IMG/VR virus record: IMGVR_UViG_3300020349_000003
DNA: 64,000 nt
Reading direction: 5' to 3' (one strand)
DNA from: a virus
Taxonomy: Duplodnaviria; Caudoviricetes
Shown here piece after piece: positions 20,401 through 35,400 of the stretch. The notes under the pieces were generated by a model. It worked only from the letters and a program-made list of their open reading frames with translations. It ran no database searches and was not told where the DNA came from. The position numbers and the translations under genes are program-made. Position 1 is the stretch's first letter. Each line of letters opens with the position of its first letter.

Positions 20401-23400
20401 GTTCTAACATTTGCTGGTTTGTTGATCCAAGTATATGGATAACCAACTCCACCTACCTGAACATTTGCTACAACACCAGAGCGTGTTCCTTCTATTTTAT
20501 CATTTGCTTCCCAAGGAGTACCATACCAATTTCCAACAACTAAGAAACTACCTTCACTCTTATATTCAAGAACTACAGCAGAACCACCAGCAGCTCTCTC
20601 ACTAAATATCATCTCACCAACTTGGAAGGCACCCGTAACATTTTCAATTTTAATGTTATGTCCGATGGTTGTATCGCTAATATCAGTTGTAATTAAATCG
20701 TGTACTAAGTTAGTAACAATTGTATTGAGCCAATCATCGTATGCCCAAACACTAGCACCAAACTGCTGTGTTACAAGAGTTGTAATCTCTTCTTTATAGT
20801 AACTCTGGTTATAAAGTAAGTTCTTAGCAGCACCTCTCATTGCCAACTTACCAGGAGCAAGCATATTGAGTGCAAGATCTACTAATTCCCTGAACCTAGT
20901 AACAACTGGACTCATATCAATTGGTAATAATGAATCTCTATATGCAGCTATAGTAGTGTAGTTGAAGTTATATGCTGGAGGAGACTCATTAGAATCTTTA
21001 GTGTATAATCTATTAAGAATTGCATGCTCACCCAACCACTTCATCTGCTCAATAGCATATGTTGTTGCTAATAACTCATCTTCGACGAAGTTAATTTGCA
21101 TTGCAGTGGATAGATAATTTTCCATTGCTGCAATAGTACTATTATTTCCACCTGTTTGTAAGTCAGAAATAACACCCAACATAATAAGACCTATGTCACG
21201 AGCACATGTTGAAACACCGCCTGGTTCTGGATATAAGAATGCGTTGTAAAGAGGACCACCTTCTGCTAATTGGAATTGGAATTCATTAGTTACTAGTGTT
21301 GTTATTTCATCACCAATTGACTTTCTGTTGAAGTACAATCTATCAGCAGAGATTGCATAATCGCTATTTGTAGGAGCAATAATATCGTTAGCAATTTCTA
21401 CTAAACTATCAATTGATTCTTGAACATCAATACAATCACCAGGAGCTATTATTCCATTAGCAGTTGCACTGACAAACGTATGAGCAGCAGTGTTAGTAAT
21501 AGGATAATCTGGTTCCTTATTAACGTTAACAGTTACTGTAGTTGCTGTTACTGCAAGGATCTTAAGGTTTCTACCACTTGCATAATCTTTACCATCAGGA
21601 GTACCAGCAACACCAGAAGGACGTGGATATGTACCATTTGCAGTACCAGTTCCAGGGTCACAAGAGAATGTTAATGAATTATTTTCTATCTGAATATATC
21701 TTCCAACAATAAGTGAATGAGAACCAATTGTGATTTCTAAACTACCTGAAGTTGGACTATATACTGCTCCAGTTGCAGTAAATGGCATTGGAGTTGATTG
21801 TGTAATACCCCAATCACCAACTATAATTTTATCAGTATTCTCATAAGTTAAGTTACCAGTTACCGCTTGCTTCATGTAATGTGCAAGACGTAAATGAGCG
21901 TATGCAGATTGGAATAACTGTAAGCGAATGTGTAAGATAACATCATTAGCACCAAGATATCTCTTAGCAACGTTAACTGTATTAAAGTTACCACCTTGTC
22001 TAAGGTCTTTAATAAACTCACTAAGAATTAATGCTAAGTCAGTCTTACACTGTAAAGTACCATTACCACTACCATCAGCGTTTCTAGGCATATCCAAAAG
22101 AAGATCTGGATATAAAGTTAACATATCATGTGATGCTTTATCTACAATAGGACCAGCATTTGCTTCAACTAGATCTGCAGCATCTTGGAATCTATACTTA
22201 TTATCACCACCAATTTGAGTTGCGTAGATAATATCATCTGTTGCATTGTGTAGTGAAATTGGGAATGTTTCTTCCAAGAATGCATATACACGACCTCCAA
22301 GGAATTCATTTTCTGGATCTGAAGTTAATTTTGATATTAAACCAAGATGGTCTGTAGGTGATGTTGCATTAGCAGATTCTAAAGTATCAGTAACTATATC
22401 AATTAAGTTTTCTACAGTTGCTTGTACATCTACACAATCCGCTACACTGTAATCCATAACAGTAACACAATCAGTTACTGCAGAAACAAATGAATGCTTT
22501 GTTAAGACCTTCTTAATTGCACCAGGGTCTGCACTTGAGAATGTATGAGTACTTGAAGGACTGTATATAACGTTATTGCTAGAAGCATTACCAGTATATG
22601 TGTGAACATAATCACCACCAGTTACAACTGCTGCTCTCTTAATACAGTTAGTTGCATATGTTTTACCAGTTACGAATGTATGTGTAGTAACGTTGGTAGA
22701 AGGTGTTATATCTAAAACTTGAACTTGGAAGGTATATGATGTCAATCCTGTAGATAGAACTTTCAACCACTTACCAGAAACAGGGTCAGTAGCACGTGGA
22801 TATCTATGCTCAGTTGCATTACCATCCTTAGTACATGTGAAGGTTAATGAGTTATCATCAAACTTAACATACTCACCTGCATCCATATTATGAACAACAT
22901 TAGTTGTAACAGTCATTATTCCTGTCCAACCACTATATGTTATTCCAGTTGGTGTATACTTATCATATACTGTATAGAAAGCATGTTCTGTAGTATTGCT
23001 AATAGCACCATTAGATACGTCAATAGTAACAGAGGTTGAAGTTGTAGCAGTAATAGGATGGGACTTATTATATCCCCAGTCAGATGTACGAGGATAATAG
23101 TGAATAGTACTACCACCATCTTGAGCACAAATGAATCCAAATGCCTGTTTAGCAATCTTAATACCATCACCTATACTAAGTTCATGAGCACCAATATCAA
23201 TGGTTAATGCTCCAGTGTTAGGATTGTATGCTGTTGTTGAACCAGCTGCTAATGAAGGATTGTATCCTTTAATAGGAGACTTACCAACATTAACTTTAAT
23301 CATACCATTCTGTGCTCTAACACCATTAGTTGTAGAACTTAAGAAAGCATGAGTAGAAGTGTCTGAAGATATTCCTACATTAACTTCAAATGTATCATTG

Positions 23401-26400
23401 GTCTTATTTGAAATAGCTAACCATCTTCCACTTGCAGGGTCAGTTGCTCTTGGATACTTATGGTCTGTTGTATATCCATCTAAGTTACATCTAAAGGTTA
23501 ATGACTCATCAACAAGTTGGATGTAATCTCCATTACTAAGTCCATGACCAGTCAGTGTAATTGTCATTACACCTGTTGAAGGAACAAATGCAGCGTTACT
23601 AGCAGTACCTGAACTGTAATATACATCAGTTACAGGAATTGATTTCTCAGCACCGTAAGGATCTGTTGCACGTGGATATGTCTTAGTAGCAGTATTGCCA
23701 TCCATATCACAAGTAAATTGTAAAGTATTATTCTGTATAACAATACTAGAACCTTTACGCATTCCGTGTTGACCAATTGTTAAGGTCATATCACCTGTTG
23801 ATGCATCGTAAGTAGCAGCAGATGGTGTAAATGTCTGGTTAGTTCCAGCCGTTCCTACATTAACTGTTATTGAGGTAGCGTCTGTGGCAGTAACTGCCAT
23901 TTCTTTACCAGCAGTACGAACATCATGTCCAGGTCTAGGATAAGACTTGATGGATTGGTTATTATCCATCGTACATGTAAATCTAAGAGACTCATTATCA
24001 ATGGTTACAAAATCATCAGTTGTAATATCATGAGCAAGAAGATTTATTTGCATCAAGCCAGTACTTGGATCGTATGTTGCACTATCTGGATTATATGGTT
24101 TATAGTTTTTATTGAATGAAGTAGGACCAACGTTAACAGTAAATGAGTTTGTATCAAACTTAGTAATTGGTAATACTTGCTTAGATGAAGGATCTGTTGT
24201 ACGTGGATACTTATGATTTGAACCCCTATCATCATATTCACATGTCATGGTCAATCCATGATCATCAATAGATATTGCTTTACCTTTCTTTGTAAAGCAT
24301 CCACCCTTAGCACCTGTAAGAGTATGTGTATAAGCACCACCAGTTCTAATTACAGCACGAGTTAATCCATTTGCTACCGCAGATTGGAATTGGTGAGTAG
24401 TAGTATTAGAAGAAGTACCGACATTAACAACAAAGGTATCTTTAGTAACACTAGATACTAGCAAATATGTACCGCTAGATGGGTCAGTAGAACGTGGATA
24501 TGTATGATCAGTCTGATAGTTATCTTGTAAACAACGGAATGTTATTGAACCATCGTCAAATTTAACCATATCCCCATTTTCAAATCCATGATTAGGAACT
24601 GTTACAGTCATTGAACCAGTACCAGGAGTAAATGCAGCAGCAGTTATAGTGAACTTCTCACCACCAGGAACGAATTCGTGTGTATAATCACCACCAAGAG
24701 TAAATGCTTTATCTACTGTTAGTCCACCTTTCCAAACGTGAGTGTATTGTCCACCACACTTAATAGCATCTGCAGAAGCAGACTGGAATGCATGAGTTGA
24801 AGTATTTGAAGATATACCAACATCAACTGTAATTACACCAGTTGGTCTCTTCATACTATTTGCAACAAATGATACAAATGTATGAGTTGATGTATCGCTA
24901 GACTTACCAATAAAGACATCAAACGTATCTGTCTGAACGTTATCTAATGGTAACCATTCAAAGTAAGATGGGTCTGTACGTCTTGGATATGCATGGTTAG
25001 TAGCATCACCATCTTTAGCACAAGTAAATGTTACTGCATTTTCATCCAATCTAACTTTATCATTTGCCTTAATTAATCCGTTAGCGGTTGCTGCTACCCA
25101 TACATGAGTTGTATTGTTAGAAATAGGTTGATCACCAAATGCACTTCCAACAGTCAAATTGAAACTGTTTGCACTTGTGCGAAGAATTGGGAAGAATCTT
25201 CCACTAGCAAAGTCACTAGGTCTTGGATATGAATGGTTAGTAGCATTACCATCTTCAGCACAAGTAAAGACTAAAGAATTATCAGCAATCTTAACCATGT
25301 CACCAGTTACAAATCCATGAGCAGTAGATGTTATTTGCAATTCACCTGTTGCTGGATTAAATGCTGTACCAGTTTCTGCAGTCTTTGTAGTTGGAGCAGT
25401 TAATCCATGACTAGCCATAGTTATGGTCATCATACCTGTGGTTGGATTATATCCTGCTAATGTTGGAGTATGTGAAGTAGTTACAACATTTTGAACAGCA
25501 GTTGCAGTGTTGTATGCATAGTCAGCACCACCAGGAGCATTAGAACCAGATGCACGAGGATATGTCTTATCTGTTGTTTGACCATCAAGATCACAACGGA
25601 ATGTTAATGAATCTTGCTCAATGTATACAGAATCACCAGCTCTTGTAATTGCATTTTGAACACAACTTACAAATGTGTGAGTGTAATCACCACCAGTAAT
25701 TACAGCACCTGTTAGAGATGAATGATAGTTATGAGTACCAGAATGACTAATTGCCGTTCCTGGTGACTGGTTAACGTTTACAGTAATGGTTGTTGCATCC
25801 TTAGCAGTAATATTAAGTGCAGTATTATATGCATAGTCTTCATTATCAGTTGTATTAGCACCATATGATCTTGGATATGACTTCTGAGTACTGTATCCAT
25901 CTCCACCATAATCACAAACAAATGTGATTGAATTATCTTTTAATCTTATGCTAGTTCCAACTTCTAAACTATGTGTACCAATTGTAATTACTAAGTTTCC
26001 AGATACAGCATCGTAAGTTGCATTAGAAACATTGAAATCTAATTGTGGTGAAGTTCCTACGTTAACATCAAATGTATTATCAGTAACGTTAGAAATTAAC
26101 ATCCACTTTCCAGACTGAGGGTCGGTAGATCTTGGATAGGTATGATTGCTACTGTGTTGGTCTAATGAACATGTTAAAGATAATGCATTATCAGCAACCT
26201 TAATCTTATCTCCAATTACAAATCCATGATTAGGAATAGTAACTGTCATTACACCAGTTGTTGCAATATAATTTACATCAGTTGCTGTATGATTCGTAGC
26301 ATCTTTAATCCAATGATTACCAACAGTCAAGTCCATGATACCCGTAGCAGGATCATAGGTAGCAGCAGAAGGAGTATATCCGTGGAACTTACTCGGACCA

Positions 26401-29400
26401 ACATTAACAGTAAAGGCATTATTATGAACCTTAACACCGTTAGTTACTCCAGAAACAAATGTATGTGTATAAGCACCAAATACAGTTCTACCAACAAATA
26501 CATCAAATGTAGTACTAGTAGAAGCTTCTACAACACTCCATCCTCTTCTAAACACTGGGTCAGTCTTACGAGGATATGCATGGTTTGTAGCATTACCATC
26601 TTTAGTACAACTAAAGGTAATAGCACCTTCTTCAAATCTAACCATCTCACCACTAACTTTCATACAAGGGTTAGAAGTTACACCAACACATGTATGCTCA
26701 CTAAGGTCTTGGGACTTACCAATAAACAAATCAAATGTATTTGCAGTTCTATTCTGTGCAGGTAACCATTGGTCTCTTGCAGGGTCACCTGAACGTGGGT
26801 AGTAGTGGTCTGTTGTCTCATCATCCAATCCACAACGGAATATGAATGCTCCATCATTAAGTTGAACAAGGTTACCATTGTATACCTGATGAGCAGATGA
26901 TGTAATGGTTAACATTCCAGTAGCAGGGTCATAAGCAGCACCAGTACAATTTCTAGTACTTGGAGCATTTAACTGTGAACCGATAGTAACGGTCATCATA
27001 CCTGTTAATGGGTTATATGATGCATCAGATGCAGTCTTATCAACTTCAGAAATATCAATAACGTCAACAGCAGTACCACGAGCAGGGTCAGTTAATCTTG
27101 GATATGCGTGGTCAGTTGATTGACCGTCCATATTACATGAAAAGAGGAATGCTCCATCTCTAAGTCTAATGCTATCACCAACCATTAAATTAGGATGTCC
27201 ACCAAATCCAGGAGAACCAGGAGCAGAAGAAGTAATTACTAATGAACCAGTTACAGGAGTATAGTTTGCACTAGAAACATCATATGCAATATTATGTGTC
27301 TTACCAACATCTAAAGTAATTGTATTATCCTTATGAATAATACCATTAGGATCTGCAGACTTAAATGTATGTAATGAAAGGTCAGGAGATACACCAACAT
27401 TTACATCAAATGTATTAGTAGTTACATTAACAATCTTATGTAATCTACCGCTAGATGGGTCTGTTGAACGTGGATATCTATGTTGAGTTATATTGTTATC
27501 TAACAAGCACTCAAATGTAATTGATTCATCAACAATACGAACCTTATCACCATAGGCAAACCCATGATTAAAGACGGTAATTGTTAATAGACCTGAGTCA
27601 GGTGTATATGATGCAGCATTTGCTGTATGAGAAGTTCCTTCATATAGAATAGGTACACTATCCTGATAGATGAAATCATTTTCTCTTGGATATGTCTTAA
27701 CATCTTGTAGTCCATCCATAGTACATCTGAATGGAAGACTACCTGTAGCAACCTTAATATTTGTACCAGCTCTCAATCTATGCTCACCAATAGTCATCTT
27801 AAGAAGACCTGTTGAACCACTATATGTTGCAGCAGTTGGGTTAAAAATTACATCTGGTGTTTTACCAACATCAAGTGAGAATGTTGTTGAGTCAACAACA
27901 GTAACATCTAACCAACCTTGACTTGCATGGTCAGAAGATCTTGGATACTTATGCTCTGACCTGTTTTGGTCCATAGAACATGTAAATGTTAGAGCTTCGT
28001 CTTCAATCTGAAGTTTAGAAGTTGATGTAAGATTATGAGCACCACTAGTTGTACATGTAAGGATACCAGTAACAGGGTTATATCCACCACCTGAGATTGA
28101 TAATGATGTATTACTAAACAAACCATGTGATCCTTTTAATATCTTCAATTCACCAGTTGAAGCATTATATTCTGCTCCTGTAGGTGTAAACTTAGTTGCA
28201 GCACTACCACTAGATTCTGTAATACTGGTATCAAATTTCTGTTTATGTCCATGATGACCTTGTACATCCCAAGCATCATTGGTTATGATATATCTTAAAA
28301 TTTGATTTAATTTACCGTATGTCCAAACAGTTTCTACAATTTCTTGTTCAACGTTAAGTAGTTTAACATTGTTTACATCGACTCTATCAACATAGTATGA
28401 TGCAGCATCCCAAATCTTAGAATTACTACCATTACGTAAATCGTATGCAACAGACTTACAAATATCTTTAACATCATCCTGACAATTTGCACTACCATTA
28501 ATGACAGTGAAATCTGGGAATTTTTGTTCTAGTAAATATACTGCCTCATGAGCAATAAATTCTAGGTTAGATTCAATCAATGTAGCAGCATTATAATACC
28601 TATTTGTATTTCCAACAAATCCTTTTTGAACTGCTCTACCAACGTTAACTGTAATCGTTGTACCAGTTACTGAAGTAATTGCTATAGCAGTGTTATGTAC
28701 TGGATCTGAAGTTCTAGGATATCTGTGCTCAGTTGCATTATTATCCTTATCGCAAGTAAATGGTAATTTATTAGCACCAATCGTTACAGTATTAGATGTT
28801 GTGAAACTATGAGATCCAATAGTCATGACTAAGATACCAGTCTCACCATCATAAGTTGCAGCAGTAACATCCTTTATAGTGCCATCATTGAATGTAAGAG
28901 CAGCATTTGAAGTGCCAGGTACAAATGTGTGATCTCCAACATAACGAACAGTAGAAATTATAGCATCATTATTAAAGTATTCTCCCTTTGTAAATGACTC
29001 ACTACCAGACCAATCCTGTACCCATTGCTCACCATCTTTACCATCAAAGTGAAGTAACATCTTAGTATTAGTATCACCTTGGAATATACCAGCTAAAGGT
29101 GAGAATGCAGTAGAATATCTAATATTATCAGAAATTCTTACTTCATCAATATGACCAATATATCCAGTTGAGAAAGCATAACCAACACCAATAAAGAGTG
29201 GTTTAGCAACATATGTTGTATTATCAGTTCCTGTACCAACTTCAACACCATCAATATACATCTTACCAGTTGTACCTGTTCTAGTATAAGCAACGTGTGC
29301 CCATGTATCAGCAGATAAAGTTGTTCCAACAGAAGTTACAAGATCTGCATTATTAACATTCCAACGAACTTGTCCACTTTCACAATATACTCTAAATGCA

Positions 29401-32400
29401 ACTTCATTAGCACTTGATACTCTTGTGTCAAAAATATCAATAGTTCCACTTAATGAAGAAGAATCAGGACGTATATAAAATTCAAAAGTAAAGTCACCAG
29501 TACCAAAAGCAATCTCATTAGTTGTTTGGCAGAAAATATAATCTGTTGTTCCAGCAGTTAATTGTAATGAAGCATTACCATACTTCTTCTGTGTAGTATC
29601 AATCTGAGCACTACCAGCAAAATCGAAATCAAAATAGTCTTCACCATTAGACTTAGTTCTACCAATCTTACCAAGATATACTGTATTACGTGCTTGGTTA
29701 AATCCAATAACTTCTGCTTTAGTATCTCTAGATCTTATAATTTGACCAGAACTAAAGAATCCAGTTCCTTCTCTATCATAGAAAGACATCTTTCTAACTT
29801 TACCATCTTCACCAGTTACAAACTCATTAGTGTTATTACCATAATCAATCTTATAATTACGGATTTCTTCATTAAGTTGTAATGTTCCAGTTAGATTATT
29901 GAATGGAATAATGTAATTATTAATCTGTTCATTAGATGGGAAGTTACCATTATATCCAGTTGTATTATCAGTAAAGTCAACTATACTTACTGCAGATGAT
30001 GCAATATCATCTAGAACAACGTTTGGATAAGTCTGAGATGTAATCCTATTGAATAGTAACCCAAAGAATGAAGAACCAGGAGAGATATCAACTTGCCCAA
30101 TAAACTCCTGAGTTACAGGATCTTGATAAGCAGATGTTGCAGTAATCTGTGCAATAACCCCAGACTGTGCTCCATAGATAACATCATTTAACTGAATATC
30201 AAATAATCCAGGAGAGGATGTATATGTACCTGCAGTCTTACTTAAAGTTAGTTGATCAGTAACCTCAATCTTAGTACTATAAAGTGGAGTATTGTCTTGC
30301 TGATTCTGAGCAGTTGTACCAAGAACATTTCTTACAACTGTAAGTGATGTTGATTCTGCATTATCTACAGTGCTTATAAGAGTAAAGATTTCAGATCCTA
30401 CCTGATAGTTAATATTTGGTGTAAAAGTACCTGTAGGTACTGGTTGGTTAGTTGATGCAGTTGGATCAATAACTTCAAATACAGTTGTTGAAGGACCGAT
30501 AGAATATCTCAACTTAGCAATAGGCATCTCTTGCCCAGTTTCTAAGTTAACTGATTCAATTTTTGCAGTATTACCTTCTAAGTTTGTTATATTTTCACCG
30601 AAAGTAAACAATCCAATACTTCCTACTGGAGTTATAGATGCTAAGTTTCCAGCAAATCCTGTTGCTACAACGTTACATAATTCACCAAGTACAAAACTAC
30701 CATCAGTTATAAAACCAGTAACTACTGTACCAACTACTTTCAATACTGTAAATCTAGCATCAGATGAACTACCTTTAATTACATTATTAAGACCAGGATA
30801 AATTCCACTAGCATTATTAAATACCATCTCATATCCTTGGATAGGTGCTATGGTAACAGAAGCATATTTAACACTTGCTGGTGGTTTTGGAGGCTCACTG
30901 AATACAATAGAGTCTTGTTGAATTGTAAATGCAGTCTCTGGGTTCTGTACAACACCGTTTAAAACAACCATTAACTGATTGGCATTAGCAACTACAGTAC
31001 CACCATTAACTGTTAATGGGAACGAAGTCTTAATACCATCAAACTGTTCTGATATATCATCAACTCTTTGTACAACAGAAGTTAGAATATTCTCGGAAGA
31101 TGTTAATCTCTTCTGTCTGAATAGTACTTCTGTATTATTAAACTCAGTATAAATTGGTTCAACTAGAGCAAAATTCTGAATATTTGGAACGATTGCTTCT
31201 TGTGCAAGTTCTACAGACTTAGTGAGTTCAAAGAATGTATCCTTATTAGGAATTTGTCCATACTCATTCAAGTTCAACTCACCAAACACCTTAAATGATG
31301 CAGGGTGAACGTTTCTAATTAGAATCTCTTTCCACTCACTAATAGAAACAGCAGACTTAACAGCATAAGAGAAGTCCTGATAGTAGTAAGAGTCTTGAAT
31401 CTTTTGAATAATTTCGGATGGTTTACCAACATCATCAATAAACTGACCTGTTGTCTTAGTGATAGAACCAATATCTAGAACACCACGAGCAAACTTAAGG
31501 TCGCTAATAGTACCAGAAGACTTGGATATAACACCAGTTATTTTTTGAAGTTCTGCAAATTCACCAGTATAGTCAACAATCTTAAGAATTCTAGGTCCAA
31601 TCTGCCAACCAAAGTTAATTGAAACATATCCTTGTGCTGTTGCTGTTTCTAAAGAGTCACCTTGATATACAAGTTCACCTTCAAGGAAAGTAGAAGTGAC
31701 AACGTTTGCAGTAGCAGCACCACCAAATGATTCAGTCAAGATACTTTGACGACCATCACCAGCGTTAACAAATGATAATGCATCACCCAATTCTGCGTTC
31801 TGTGGAGTAATAGCAATCTTTAATTGGTCATCTTCTAAAGAATTTGCTGCACCAGAAATAGCATAGTATGTGGTATTTGGATTAAGACGACCTGTTGCAC
31901 CAGCAGCTAGAGGATAGTCTGCACCATCTCCAGTATCAGTTACAGCAACACTAATTTCAGAACCACTAACAATACCATGTGGATAAGCAAACTGTAATAA
32001 ACCTAAGTCAAGGTTAACAACATAGTTGAATGAAGATCTAAGACTTACTGCAGGTGTAGAAGAATATCCAGCACCTGGGTCTTTAACTTCAATAACATCC
32101 AAACGACCATTCTTAATAGTAGCTTCAGCAGTCGCACCAGATCCACCACCACCTGTAATTACAACAGTGGGTGCTAGAGAATATCCAGAACCTGGATTCG
32201 TAACGGTGATACTTTCAAGAATACTTGTAGAAGTTAACTGAGCATTAAGTGGGAATGTAATCTCAGGACGTAAAGTATAGTCATGAGGATAATCATAACC
32301 AAAGTTATTATTTTTAAGTTTCTTAATCTTACCAACCTTATCACCCTTAGTGAAGATAGATGCTTCAGTACCGAAAGGTGGTATAACAACTACTAAATCT

Positions 32401-35400
32401 GCACCAGATCCAGTCAATCCAGAACCAAGAATACCACTAACACCCTCAACATCAATTGTTGCAGATGTATATCCTTTACCTGGAGATGTAACTAAAACTT
32501 GTTGAATCTGACCTGGAATTGTTATTCCTTCATCATCCTGTCCATCAGCAACTGTAATTTGAACAAATCCACCTTCACCATCACCACCAATAGGTACTCC
32601 ATTGTATGTACCAACTGCATATTCAGTTCCTGGTTCAGTAATCTGAACTCTTTCAATTTTTCTTGTGGACCCAATACCAGTAACAATAGGTAACTTAGTA
32701 TAGAAACCACCTGGATTAATGATACGAATATCACCAATAGCACCAACTGCTTTTAATGAACTTGTAGTATATGATGTTCGTGAAATATCACCAACACCTT
32801 CTGGTTCATTCAATAATGGGAATTTAAATACATCAGCACCACGGGTAATTGTTTGACCAGAAGTACTACTAATTGTAAATGTACCAGTATAAGGTGAATC
32901 TGTTACATCAAGATAACTATCAGAAATTACAGGAGAATCACTACCAGTTCTAGAAGGATCGAAGTAATAAGAAATATTAGTAACTATATCATTATCAACT
33001 TTTAACTTAACTGATGGACTTGGTTGTCCTTGACCAGTTAAACCAGGAGTTCCAATTCTTTCAATAGAGTTGAATGAATATTCCAACTTATAAAGATTAT
33101 CCTTAGCAAATGATAAGTTACCACCTTCTAATGTAGAGTGTCCCAAATCAAAGATATACTGGTGTCCATAGTACATCTTTAAGGTTGGAGATTTAACAAA
33201 TATGCCAACAGTAGAAGCATTAGTTGCAGGAGCAGTTATAGCAGTTTGTGGTAACTTGTAAGTAAATTCAAGTGGACTTACTACAGTATCAATTGCAAAT
33301 GCACCATCATACTCATCATAAACAAGACCACCATTTGTCTGTGATGGATTACCATCAACATAAACGATTTCTCCAGGACTTAAATAATGACTTGTTCCTG
33401 TAATTACATAGACCTCATCACTATTATTAACAGCAGTTACTTGAAGTATTCTCTCTAGATTAGAAATCAAGGTAATCTTAGTAACACCTACTAAATTTGT
33501 TATCTGACATGTGTTGTAATTGGCATTGAAAGATATATCATTAGATGTGAGTGAAACTACAGATCCAACAATGAAAGATGAACTACCACCAATTTCATCA
33601 ATTCTAACTGAATAGTCACCTACATTAAATGGTTTAAATCTAGCAAAGTCATCCAAGTTATTAGTGCCACCTATATTAGCAGGAGCATCATAAGTGGACA
33701 TATCAATGTCAAATGTTCCAGGAGTTGTATTATCAACCTGTGCGAAGGTATACGCCTTCATTTCATTAGTATCATTTGGAACAGGACCAACTATTCCATA
33801 AGTATCTTGCTCATCAAATTGCTCACTAACTAAGATACCATTGTTTAGATCATCACTCCAAGTATTATTCTGAACAGCAATATAAATTTTTCTGTTGGGT
33901 ATATCAGATTTGATGATATATCCACTATTAATAAATGAACCAGTGCTAAGATTATTAAGTCTTAACTTAGATCCTGTAGTAAATATGAATGGTTGATTTA
34001 TAGTTAATTCTTGGATGTTATCAATCTTAATTGTATTAGTAACCTTAAAGAAGTACCTATCCTTAACTACAGCAGATACTTGTAACTTTTGAGAACCTGG
34101 AGAAGGAACAGTTGCTGTTCTAGAACTCCAAATATCATTAGTATAAGTTAATGTCTCTGTACCAGGAGTCATTGTTATAGTAGCATCATCAAAGTCTAGA
34201 GTTTGTAGACCTGCATCACCCAATGCAAAATCAGCTTCTCCAATTACCAATGAAGAACCAGTAAGAGGAGTTACTTCAGTTCTAACAAATCCTAACTGAG
34301 TATTTGTTTGTAAACCTTTATCACCTAATCTAGTAGCATCAGCATTCTTATCTACTTTTAAATTCCATCCATTATAGTCAATATAATCATACTTAGTTAA
34401 ATTATTAGTAAACCAAGCAGTATCTGTCCAAGCAAATGCAAATGCAAATGATGCTACGGGTGGTAAACTTGATATATCAGAAGGTACAGTTGGTGTAACA
34501 GATCTATTTCTTAGTCTAATATTATCAATAAAGAATTGTCCTTGCTTAGATTGACTAAAGTCTGATGCTCCAGATCCGAAACCAATTTGGTTACCAAAAT
34601 ACAAGTCCTTGGCACCAAGAGCAGTATTTGCCAATGTACCAGTAATAACTTCTATAGCATTAACAAATACCTTAAATATATTACCTTCTTTCCTTACAGC
34701 AATAGTCTGCCAAGAATTATCAGCATACATTGTTGTCTGTGATGAAGATATACCAGATCCAGCATTTAATGCAGTTGTATTATTAGTAACAACCATCTGT
34801 AATTCACCAGTACTATTATCATAACCTAACCATAATCCACCAGTAGCATCTTGAGCACCACCAATACCCATTAGAGTTTGAGCTCCTTGAGATAGTGTCT
34901 GAGATGCTGACGCAGATTTGTAAATAAAGAACTCTAAAGTCCAATCATTTGCTAATGTAGTAGCTAAATCAGTTCCAGAAACTTTAAGATATGAATTTTC
35001 CCATGTAGAACTAGACCCAGCTGGTTGATAACCATAGATCTTTGCCATATTATCAGCATAAGTTACGGCATTACTTCCTCCAACTGAAGTTAAAGTATAG
35101 TGACCTGTTAAATCTGTTTGCTCATTAGCAGCAAAATCAAAGATAAACTCATTTCTATTCCATTGAGTTTGACCAGAAAGGTAAATATCACCAGAATTAT
35201 CAGTATTACATGCATGAACAGTTATACCTTCAACACGTTTCTGATTAAATTCGTTGGTACTATGATTTTTAATCTTACCATCATATCCAATTTTAACTGA
35301 ATCTACAGTCTTAACACCAGTTGTAGTATTATGTCTACTAAATGCAAGGTTTAGATCTCCAAATATATCAATAGAACTCCTATCTGCCATAGTGATATCT

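Noticed and set aside
22458-28200. Nested modules as a DNA transposon, intein or CRISPR-like array
   Set aside because: Similarity is at protein level with divergent codons; no terminal repeats, transposase, intein splice motifs or constant spacers were seen
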